Assembly (NCBI GenBank): GCA_004554085.1
Contig: SFNY01000009.1
Span: forward strand, 14,060 to 78,059
Length of the DNA stretch: 64,000 bases
Direction of reading: 5' to 3'
Source: Clostridiales bacterium
GTDB taxonomy: Bacteria; Bacillota; Clostridia; Christensenellales; Aristaeellaceae
A model generated the notes under the pieces. The model did not search any database. It saw only the letters and a program-made list of their open reading frames with translations, and had not been told where the DNA came from. A program made the position numbers and the translations under genes. Each line of letters starts with the position of its first letter. The first letter of the stretch is position 1. Below, piece after piece: positions 35,730 to 45,931 of the stretch.

Positions 35730-36500
35730 TCATTTCTTCTCGTTGTCGATGCGATCCTTGATCGCCCGAATTTCTTCAACGGCCTTCGCGCTCACATCGA
35801 AGGGGGAGACGCCGCGGCGGTCCGCGTCGATCACCTCTGCGTTGTAGTGAATCATGCCCAGCAGCGCGTCCTCGGGGATGCGGCTGCGGAGGAAGGCCTC
35901 GTCGTCCTCGTCGCGAACCTTGTTGGCCACCACGCGCACGCGGGTGATGCCAAGATCGGCGGCCAGCTGCTTGACCTTTTCATAGGTCTGAATGCTGCGC
36001 GCACCGGGTTCGATGACGACGATGAACTGATCCATCATGCTCGCGGTGCCGCGGCCCAGGTGCTCCAGACCCGCCTCCATGTCCATGATGACCACATCGT
36101 CCTTGCGGAAGATGAGGCTGGACAGGATGGCCTTGAGCATCACGTGCTCGGGGCACACACAGCCGGAACCGCCGGTTTCGACCGTGCCCATCACCAGCAG
36201 CTTTACGCCGTTGATCTCCTTGGCGTAGGCGTCCGGGATGTCGCTCACCTGAGGGTTGAGCTTGAAGAACTTGTTCAGGCTGTTTGCACCCGTGCGCTCC
36301 TCAACCAGCTTGCGCATCTTGGAGATCGGAACGATGGAGTTGACCTCCTCCTCCGTAAATCCCAGCGCGAGGCCGAGGTTGGCGTCCGGATCGACGTCCG
36401 CCGCCAGCACGGTGCGTCCTTCGCTTGCGTACAGTCGAGCGAGGGTGGAGGCAAATGTGGTCTTGCCCACGCCGCCCTTGCCTGTAATCGCAACTTTCAT
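35730..36500 (-). CDS. cooC: CODH nickel-insertion accessory ATPase CooC (MinD/ParA fold)
   Basis: 256 aa. P-loop 'GKGGVGKTT' and 'GGSGCVCPE' metal-binding CxC motif. Confidence 0.85.
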   Translation of the reverse strand: MKVAITGKGGVGKTTFASTLARLYASEGRTVLAADVDPDANLGLALGFTEEEVNSIVPISKMRKLVEERTGANSLNKFFKLNPQVSDIPDAYAKEINGVKLLVMGTVETGGSGCVCPEHVMLKAILSSLIFRKDDVVIMDMEAGLEHLGRGTASMMDQFIVVIEPGARSIQTYEKVKQLAADLGITRVRVVANKVRDEDDEAFLRSRIPEDALLGMIHYNAEVIDADRRGVSPFDVSAKAVEEIRAIKDRIDNEKK

Positions 36501-36533
36501 AGTGCAAAGATCCTTTCAGCTTTGATTCGGGGA

Positions 36534-38429
36534 TCAGATGCCCAGCGCAGCGCGCTTGGCTTCGATCGTTTCGATCATGCGATCGCCCAGCTTTTCGATG
36601 TCCAGCTCGACGACGAACTTCGCGCCGACCCAGTCTGCGACCTCGCCCTGCAGGAGGTTGACGACCTCGGAGCCGCCCTTGGTGTAGGGATCGACGCCCA
36701 GGAAGGTCTCGATGCCGGTGGCGACGACGTAGTTGCCGATGGAGACTGCCTTCTCAGACATGTACTCCGGCGCGCAGCCGACGACCGGAACCTGAGGAAT
36801 GTCGACGCCCCAGTCCTTGGCGATGTCGGAGGCGAGAATCATCATACGGGAAATATCAACACAGGAGCCCATGTGCAGGATCGGCGGGATGTCGACCAGC
36901 TCGCACACGCGCTTGAGGCCCTCGCCGCACAGCTCCTTGGCTTCCTTGCTCAAGAGACCTGCCTTGGCGGCAGCCTGGGCGGAACAGCCGGAGACGATGA
37001 CGATGATGTCGTTGGCAATGAGCTTCTTCATCAGCTCGATGTGGGCGGTGTCGGGGCGAACCTTCGGGTTGTTGCAGCCGACCATGGCGACCGCGCCGCG
37101 CAGCACGCCGGACTTGACGCACTCGATCAGGGGCTTGGTGGTGCCGGTCTCGTCCACGTGGGAGTTGGTGACGCCGTCCAGGCACTTCTTGATGGCTTCG
37201 ACGGAGTAGCCCACGGTGGCGTTGGTCTTGAGCTGCGGGATGTTCACCAGCTCCGGCTTGCGGTTCTTGAAGTTGCGGACGGCCATCTCCACGATCTTCT
37301 TCGCGTTCTCGCCGGCGGTGTCCTCATGGAACTCGATGAAATCGGAGTCGGGCATGCGGGCGATGGGGGAGGTGGTCACGAACTTGGTGTGGAAGCATTT
37401 GGACAGCGGGCCAAGGGCGGGGAAGATGCACTGCACGTCCACGACGATGGCTTCGCAGGCACCGGTCAGAACCACGTTCTCCTGGGAGAGGAAGTTGCCG
37501 GCCATGGGGATGCCGTGACGCATGGCGACCTCGTTGGAGGTGCAGCACACGCCGGCGATGTTGATGCCCTTCGCGCCCATCTCCTTGGCCAGAGCGACCA
37601 TCTCAGGATCCTGGGCGTAGAACACGATCATTTCAGACAGCGACGGGTCGTGGCCGTGGACGATGATGTTGACCATGTCCTCTTCCATGACGCCGATGTT
37701 GGCGGTGGTGTCCACCGGCTTCGGGGTGCCGAACAGCACGTCAGAGAACTCGGTGCCCATCATGGATCCGCCCCAGCCGTCGGACAGGCCGGCGCGCAGG
37801 GACTGGCGAACCAGCGCCTCAGGCAGGGAGGAGCAGCCCATGTGGGTCATGTGCATGGACTGGGAGACCTCGCGGTCGATGGCGCGGGGCTCGATACCCT
37901 CGTTCGCCCAGATCTTCTGGCGGGATTCGGGCGCGCGCTTGAGGAAGCGCTGGACGCCGAAAGGCTTGCCGTACTCCATCAGGCCGGTCTCGGCGACCTC
38001 GTGGGCGACGTCGTAGATGTCGCGGCCCTCGGTCTCAATGCCCCATTCCTTTGCGATGCGGCAGAGCTTCTCGGGATCCTTCACCTGGTAGTTGCCGCCC
38101 TCCTTGGAGGCGTACAGGGTGTGGCAGATGCTGCGGCCGTGGTCGGAGTGGGTGGCGGCGCCGCCGGCGGTGAAGCGCAGGTAGTTGCGGGCGACGATGC
38201 CGTTGGCGTCGCAGCCGCAGATGCCGCGGGGGGACTTCGGAGTGATGCGGCAGGGGCCCATCGTACAGATGCGGCAGCAGATGCCCTCCTCGCCGAACTT
38301 GCAGTGGGGAGTCTGGTTCTTCACGCGCTGCTGCCAAGTGTCAGCTCCAACCTTCTTTGCCGTTTCCAGCAAAGCGTCGGTTGCCGCTTCCATCTGCTCA
38401 ATCGTGATAAAGGTCTTATTCATTTCCAT
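36534..38429 (-). CDS. cooS: Anaerobic Ni-dependent carbon-monoxide dehydrogenase catalytic subunit
   Basis: Start at 38429 with GGGAGG RBS; the ORF extends to 38501. N-terminal 'CKFGEEGICCRICTMGPCRI' B/D-cluster Cys motif. Full-length CooS/AcsA similarity. Confidence 0.9.
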   Translation of the reverse strand: MEMNKTFITIEQMEAATDALLETAKKVGADTWQQRVKNQTPHCKFGEEGICCRICTMGPCRITPKSPRGICGCDANGIVARNYLRFTAGGAATHSDHGRSICHTLYASKEGGNYQVKDPEKLCRIAKEWGIETEGRDIYDVAHEVAETGLMEYGKPFGVQRFLKRAPESRQKIWANEGIEPRAIDREVSQSMHMTHMGCSSLPEALVRQSLRAGLSDGWGGSMMGTEFSDVLFGTPKPVDTTANIGVMEEDMVNIIVHGHDPSLSEMIVFYAQDPEMVALAKEMGAKGINIAGVCCTSNEVAMRHGIPMAGNFLSQENVVLTGACEAIVVDVQCIFPALGPLSKCFHTKFVTTSPIARMPDSDFIEFHEDTAGENAKKIVEMAVRNFKNRKPELVNIPQLKTNATVGYSVEAIKKCLDGVTNSHVDETGTTKPLIECVKSGVLRGAVAMVGCNNPKVRPDTAHIELMKKLIANDIIVIVSGCSAQAAAKAGLLSKEAKELCGEGLKRVCELVDIPPILHMGSCVDISRMMILASDIAKDWGVDIPQVPVVGCAPEYMSEKAVSIGNYVVATGIETFLGVDPYTKGGSEVVNLLQGEVADWVGAKFVVELDIEKLGDRMIETIEAKRAALGI

Positions 38430-38588
38430 CAGAGCTTCTTCCTCCCAAAGATTATTTGGTGAAACAAATGCCAGCCGTGTATCGCTTCGGAGCGGACGCA
38501 TGCATCCCGCGGAGCTACCCTTCCGCAGAAATGCGCCCGAACCACACGGGTTCTGACACGGCGCAAAAACCCGATCATGGATACTATT

Positions 38589-38617
38589 ATTTTATCAAAT
38601 GTAAACAACAAAGTCAA
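38589..38617 (-). promoter_or_regulatory. Candidate sigma-A promoter for cooS-cooC-acsB
   Basis: Minus strand: TTGACT (38617..38612), 17-nt spacer, TAAAAT (38594..38589). This implies a leader of about 150 nt. Confidence 0.45.
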
Positions 38618-38764
38618 TGGCATATCCCAGTGGGGGGCTTTTTTAACAACAGAATTTGCAGGAAAGATTTCACAATTCCAACATATTTCTTCGCGGAAAA
38701 CGCTTTCCGTTCTCCGGGCACGTGCTCAAATTGATTTTTTGCGACATTTTTCATAAATGATGCA

Positions 38765-38793
38765 TTTACATTTCACGCCCGGGCGTGTATAAT
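38765..38793 (+). promoter_or_regulatory. Candidate sigma-A promoter for the ferredoxin gene
   Basis: TTTACA (38765..38770), 17-nt spacer, TATAAT (38788..38793). Confidence 0.5.
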
Positions 38794-38826
38794 AACAGCA
38801 GAGCATAGAATTGCGGAGGTTATGAA

Positions 38827-39213
38827 ATGAAAAAGCTGTCTGTTAAGAAGGATGTTCGCTGCATGGCGTGCCTGAGCTGTGTGCTGGCTTGCTCCGAGGC
38901 GTTTTATAAGGTGCGCGATCCGCGCAAGTCCTGCATCCAGATCGTGGAGAAGAACGGCGAGCCCAAGGTCAACTCCTGCCTGCAGTGCGGCAAGTGCATG
39001 CGCACCTGTGAGCACGAGGCCATCACCAGGAACCCCAAGGGCGTGTACATGATCAACAAGAAGAAGTGCGTCGGCTGCGGCAAGTGCGTCGAGGCCTGCC
39101 CGATGAAGGTCATGGTGCTGGAGAACGACACTGCCTCCAAGTGCATCGCCTGCGGCATCTGCGCCAAGGCGTGCCCGATGGAAGTGCTCGAGGTCATTGA
39201 GAACGACAAGTAA
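38827..39213 (+). CDS. Polyferredoxin (four CxxCxxCxxxC motifs), CooF-like electron carrier
   Basis: 128 aa. Motifs 'CMACLSCVLAC', 'CLQCGKCMRTC', 'CVGCGKCVEACP', 'CIACGICAKACP'. Divergent from cooS. Confidence 0.8.
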   Translation: MKKLSVKKDVRCMACLSCVLACSEAFYKVRDPRKSCIQIVEKNGEPKVNSCLQCGKCMRTCEHEAITRNPKGVYMINKKKCVGCGKCVEACPMKVMVLENDTASKCIACGICAKACPMEVLEVIENDK

Positions 39214-39225
39214 GTCCATCGAACC

Positions 39226-39320
39226 AAAGGGGAGAGGATCGGCTTCATTGCGAAGTTGATCCTTTCTCTTTCTGATATAGCAGCAGCGCCCTCTGATCTT
39301 CAGAGAGCGCTGTGTTTGTA
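39226..39320. terminator. Two hairpins between convergent genes (terminators for the ferredoxin gene and the PT-linker gene)
   Basis: AAAGGGGAGAGGATC..GATCCTTTCTCTTT (39226..39271) and CAGCGCCCTCTGA-TCTT-CAGAGAGCGCTG (39284..39312), the latter followed by TGTTTGT. Confidence 0.55.
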
Positions 39321-39332
39321 TGTGCAGATCGA

Positions 39333-40373
39333 TTAGCCGACGGTCGTGCCGGTAAAGGTTTCAACGGCAGTGTCCGCCGCCGCACTGTCGTCCAGGGCTG
39401 CGCCGAGATCGAAGCTCTGGAACTCCTCGTCGGTCTGGGCCTCGTCCGCAGCATCGGCCTCGTTGGCCGCATCAAAGGCGGTGTTGGCCGCAGATGCGAA
39501 GGGATCGGCCTCGGATACGGTGGAAACCTTGCCGTCAGTCACGGTGAAGCGGTCGCCGAGCTCGTGATAGGAGTAGGCGGTGCCGTCCGCAGTCTTGTAG
39601 TAGATGATCAGGCCCAGGCTGTAATCGCCGTCGGCGAACTTCGCCACGCTGAAGATGGTGGAGAAGTCGGTGTTGGCGGCGTTCTTGCAGATGGCGTCAC
39701 TGTGTTCCACGCCGCTGACGCCGGCCTCCATGGTGCCCTTGTAGGCGCGCTGCTTGCCGCTGGCGTCGTTGGTGACGATGACGAAGATGGTGGCGTCGGC
39801 GCCGTCAAAGCTCGCGTCGTTGAGGTAGCCATAGCCGTCCAGACGCACAACCTGGCGGTTGTTGGGCTCGGAGACGTAGAAGTTCGTGATTTCCACCGTG
39901 CCGTTCGTGGAGGGCTCGGGTACATTGAAGCCCTTTGTCTTGAAGTCGGAATAGGCCTTGGTCGCGATCTTCGTGGGCTCCGGCGTGGGAGTCGGGGTGG
40001 GCGTGGGCTCCGGTGTGGGGGTCGGGATCGGCGTAGGCGAGGGCGTCGGCGTGGGGGTCGGGGTTGCCGTGGGGGTCGGCGTGGGCGTGTTGGTCAGATC
40101 CATAACGCCGCTCACATCACCCTGGTTGTCCGGCTCGGACACAAAGAGGGAGGTCGGGCCGTCCGCACCGCCGATGATGGCAACGTTCTCCGGCGCGGCG
40201 GTCATCTCCACATAGGCGCGCATCGTCGCGTCTGGATTGGCCAGCTTGTCGGAGTAATCCACCTTGCCGAGGAAGAAATAGAGGGCGCACATCAGTATGG
40301 CGACGATAATCAGGCCGATGAAGAAGTGGAGCACGGCCATGCCCTTACCGTTACGCTTATAGCCTTTTTGCAT
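39333..40373 (-). CDS. Membrane-anchored extracytoplasmic protein with Pro/Thr linker, unknown function
   Basis: 346 aa with AGGAGG RBS. N-terminal TM 'VLHFFIGLIIVAILMCALYFFLG', a 39-aa (T/S/E/I/A)P linker, and an acidic C-terminus. Confidence 0.6.
   Translation of the reverse strand: MQKGYKRNGKGMAVLHFFIGLIIVAILMCALYFFLGKVDYSDKLANPDATMRAYVEMTAAPENVAIIGGADGPTSLFVSEPDNQGDVSGVMDLTNTPTPTPTATPTPTPTPSPTPIPTPTPEPTPTPTPTPEPTKIATKAYSDFKTKGFNVPEPSTNGTVEITNFYVSEPNNRQVVRLDGYGYLNDASFDGADATIFVIVTNDASGKQRAYKGTMEAGVSGVEHSDAICKNAANTDFSTIFSVAKFADGDYSLGLIIYYKTADGTAYSYHELGDRFTVTDGKVSTVSEADPFASAANTAFDAANEADAADEAQTDEEFQSFDLGAALDDSAAADTAVETFTGTTVG
39972..40088 (-). repeat. Low-complexity (ACN-CCN)n tract encoding the Thr-Pro linker
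   Basis: Codes for 'TPTPTPTATPTPTPTPSPTPIPTPTPEPTPTPTPTPEPT' (aa 96-134 of the 39333..40373 product). Confidence 0.8.
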
Positions 40374-40538
40374 AAAAATGCCTCCTGTAATTCCATTTCA
40401 GGGATATACTTTCATCTTAAAGAGTTGCCTTTTAAAAGTCAAGCAGGAAGCGAAGCTTTTGAAAAATTGTCACAAATGGTCCCGAAATTGGTCATAAAGA
40501 GACCGTCCCGCAACGCTATGCAGGACGGTCGTGCTGCC

Positions 40539-43308
<2,770 letters not shown>

Positions 43309-43347
43309 TTTCGGGGTTCCTCCTGCGAAGGTTTCGCTTGATGATGT

Positions 43348-45357
43348 TTATGCCTTTGTGCGCTTTCTGCGCTTCTGACGGCTCTGCTCGCCGCTGGACA
43401 TGGGCCTTTCGCCGCGCAGCTCCAGCATCTGGTCGCGGAGCTTTGCTGCCTTCTCGAAGTCCAGATTGTTGGCGGCCTCCAGCATGCGCTCCTCCAGGTG
43501 CTCGATGGCCAGCTGGCGCTCGGCGTCATCCAGGGCCTTGCCCGCGTCCTTGTCCGGCACGCGCGTGACCTCCATCAGGCTGCGGATGGCGCTGCGCACG
43601 CTGCGGGGCGTGATGTTGTGCTCCTGATTGTACTGCTGCTGAATCTCGCGCCTGCGGTTCGTCTCGGAGATGGCGCGGTTCATGGAGTCGGTGAGCGTGT
43701 CGGCGTACATGATGACCCGGCCCTCCACGTTGCGCGCGGCGCGGCCGATGGTCTGGATCAGCGACTTCTCGGAGCGCAGAAAGCCCTCCTTGTCCGCGTC
43801 CAGGATCGCCACCAGCGCGACCTCGGGAAGGTCCAGGCCCTCGCGCAACAGGTTGATGCCCACCAGCACGTCGAATTCGCCGGTGCGCAGCCCCTTGATC
43901 AGCTCGATGCGGTCCAGCGTATCCACGTCGGAGTGCAGGTACTCCACCTTCACGTCCATCTCCCGCAGGTACTCGGTCAGGCTCTCGGCCATGCGCTTGG
44001 TGAGGGTGGTCACCAGCACGCGCCCGCCCTTGGCCGTGACGCTGCGGATCTCGCCCAGCAGATCGTCCACCTGATCCCGCGCCGGGCGCACGATGATCTC
44101 CGGGTCGATAAGTCCCGTGGGGCGGATGATCTGCTCCACGACCTGCTCCGTGCGCTCCAGCTCGTAGGGGCCGGGGGTGGCGGAGACGTAGATGATCTGG
44201 TTCACCTTCTGCTCGAACTCGTAGAACTTCAGCGGGCGGTTGTCGTAGGCGGCGGGCAGGCGAAAGCCGTAGTCCACCAGCGTCTGCTTGCGGGCGAAGT
44301 CGCCGTTGTACATGGCGCGAATCTGCGGGATGGTCATGTGGCTCTCGTCCACCAGAATCAGCAGGTCCTTGGGGAAGTAGTCCAGCAGCGTGAACGGCGG
44401 CTCGCCGCTCTGGCGGCCGTCAAAGTAGCGGGAGTAGTTTTCGATGCCGTTGCAGTAGCCGATCTCCCGCAGCATTTCGATGTCGTAGCGCGTGCGCTGC
44501 TCCAGGCGCTGGGCCTCAAGCAGGCGGTCGTTGGCCTTGAGGTCTGCAAGGCGGTCGCGCAGATCGTTTTCGATCTGGGCGATGCAGCCCTCCAGCTTGT
44601 CCTTGGAAATGGCGTAGTGGCTGGCGGGGAAGAGGATGACGTGGGCCATGTGCCGCAGCACCCGCCCGGAGACGATCTCGATCTCGGAGATGCGCTCGAT
44701 TTCGTCGCCGAAGAACTCCACGCGCACCGCCTTTTCCTGGCTGGCGGCGGGGATGATCTCCACCACGTCGCCCCGGACGTGGAAGGTGCCGCGCTCGGAT
44801 TCGAAGTCGTTGCGGCTGTACTGGATCTCCACCAAGCGGTGCAGCAGCTCCTCGATCTCCAGCTGCATGCCCTCGCGCAGGGACACGGACAGATCCTCGT
44901 ACTCCGAGGGGTCGCCCAGGCCGTAGATGCAGCTGACCGAGGCCACGATGACCACGTCCCGCCGCTCCGCCAGCCAGCTGGTGGCGCTGTGGCGCATGCG
45001 GTCGATCTCGTCGTTGACGGCGCTGTCCTTCTCGATGAAGGTGTCCGTGGAGGGAATGTAGGCCTCGGGCTGGTAGTAGTCGTAGTAGGACACGAAGTAG
45101 CCCACGGCGTTGTCCGGGAAGAACTCCTGGAACTCGCCCGCCAGCTGGGCCGCCAGCGTCTTGTTGTGGGCGATCACCAGCGTGGGCCGGTTGGCCTTGG
45201 CGATGATGTTGGCCATGGTGAAGGTCTTGCCCGAACCGGTGACGCCCAGCAGCACCTGATGCTTCATGCCCTTCTTCAGCCCCTCCGTCAGGGCCTCGAT
45301 GGCCTGGGGCTGGTCGCCGGTGGGCGCGTAATCGGAGTGCAGATGGAATATGGACAT
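43348..45357 (-). CDS. uvrB: Excinuclease ABC subunit B
   Basis: 669 aa. Motifs 'GVTGSGKTF', 'DESH', and the C-terminal UVR domain. Confidence 0.95.
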   Translation of the reverse strand: MSIFHLHSDYAPTGDQPQAIEALTEGLKKGMKHQVLLGVTGSGKTFTMANIIAKANRPTLVIAHNKTLAAQLAGEFQEFFPDNAVGYFVSYYDYYQPEAYIPSTDTFIEKDSAVNDEIDRMRHSATSWLAERRDVVIVASVSCIYGLGDPSEYEDLSVSLREGMQLEIEELLHRLVEIQYSRNDFESERGTFHVRGDVVEIIPAASQEKAVRVEFFGDEIERISEIEIVSGRVLRHMAHVILFPASHYAISKDKLEGCIAQIENDLRDRLADLKANDRLLEAQRLEQRTRYDIEMLREIGYCNGIENYSRYFDGRQSGEPPFTLLDYFPKDLLILVDESHMTIPQIRAMYNGDFARKQTLVDYGFRLPAAYDNRPLKFYEFEQKVNQIIYVSATPGPYELERTEQVVEQIIRPTGLIDPEIIVRPARDQVDDLLGEIRSVTAKGGRVLVTTLTKRMAESLTEYLREMDVKVEYLHSDVDTLDRIELIKGLRTGEFDVLVGINLLREGLDLPEVALVAILDADKEGFLRSEKSLIQTIGRAARNVEGRVIMYADTLTDSMNRAISETNRRREIQQQYNQEHNITPRSVRSAIRSLMEVTRVPDKDAGKALDDAERQLAIEHLEERMLEAANNLDFEKAAKLRDQMLELRGERPMSSGEQSRQKRRKRTKA

Positions 45358-45412
45358 GAAAAGACCCTCCCCGGATTCTTCCGCAATGCAAATGAGACAG
45401 CTATCTCATGCT

Positions 45413-45421
45413 ATTATAGCA
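45413..45421 (-). promoter_or_regulatory. Extended -10 element (TGCTATAAT) upstream of uvrB
   Basis: The minus strand reads TGTGCTATAATAGC, 56 nt upstream of the uvrB ATG. Confidence 0.45.
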
Positions 45422-45456
45422 CATATGCGGAAAAATGAAACGGGGGAGGGGAAACT

Positions 45457-45470
45457 TAAACGTGTGTTCG
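45457..45470 (-). promoter_or_regulatory. LexA (SOS) box-like site upstream of uvrBA
   Basis: The minus strand reads CGAACACACGTTTA, matching the Firmicute consensus CGAACRNRYGTTYC at 13 of 14 positions. Confidence 0.5.
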
Positions 45471-45471
45471 A

Positions 45472-45789
45472 TTACGCCTTGACCCGACTGTGGCGCTTCG
45501 GACTGAGGTTGGCGCGCACCGCGCCCGTGACCGCGCCCACGGCGCTGCCCAGCAGCATCTCGCCCAGCATGTTGCCCACGGCGAAGCTGCCGCCGCCCAG
45601 CAGTACATACAGGCCGTAGCCCAGCGCCATGTATACAAGGGCGATTTCCACGCCGGTCAGGAAGCCGCGGGAGCCGCCCCGGGGCACGGCGGCGCAGGTT
45701 CCCAGCGCGATGGCGAGGAGCTTCACGACCTGGTTGAGCACGGTCAGCAGGCGGTCGCTCATCTGAAGGTACACCAGCGCAGCGGCCAT
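45472..45789 (-). CDS. Small membrane protein (three hydrophobic segments), unknown function
   Basis: 105 aa, Gly/Ala/Leu-rich hydrophobic segments, basic C-terminus. No motif recognised. Confidence 0.4.
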   Translation of the reverse strand: MAAALVYLQMSDRLLTVLNQVVKLLAIALGTCAAVPRGGSRGFLTGVEIALVYMALGYGLYVLLGGGSFAVGNMLGEMLLGSAVGAVTGAVRANLSPKRHSRVKA

Positions 45790-45931
45790 GTTTTCGGCAT
45801 GGAAATCCCTCCTGAATTGAGATTCTGCTGCATCCTATGCCGTCCAATATGGAATTCATGCGGAAAAGGCCGTCCGCCGGGGACAAAAGAATCCCCGGAC
45901 TCGCACGGAGGCCGGGGACGATGGCAAAGCG

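Noticed and set aside
33393-38462. A 1689-aa ORF on the plus strand spanning the whole CODH/ACS locus.
   Set aside because: It runs antisense to three genes with strong family signatures (acsB, cooC, cooS). Its product is low-complexity and rich in Ala, Gly, Asp, Val, Leu and His, as expected for stop-free antisense frames in GC-rich DNA.
38660-38690. A TTCACAA half-site resembling a Rex (redox repressor) operator upstream of cooS and the ferredoxin gene. A similar half-site occurs at 49531.
   Set aside because: No matching TTGTGAA half is present at the required spacing; the best alignment matches only 3 of 7 positions in the second half.
39972-40088. Short-period tandem repetition that could superficially suggest a CRISPR-like or VNTR array.
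   Set aside because: The period is 6 nt (ACN-CCN codons) inside an intact ORF. There are no repeats of about 30 nt, no spacers and no cas genes.
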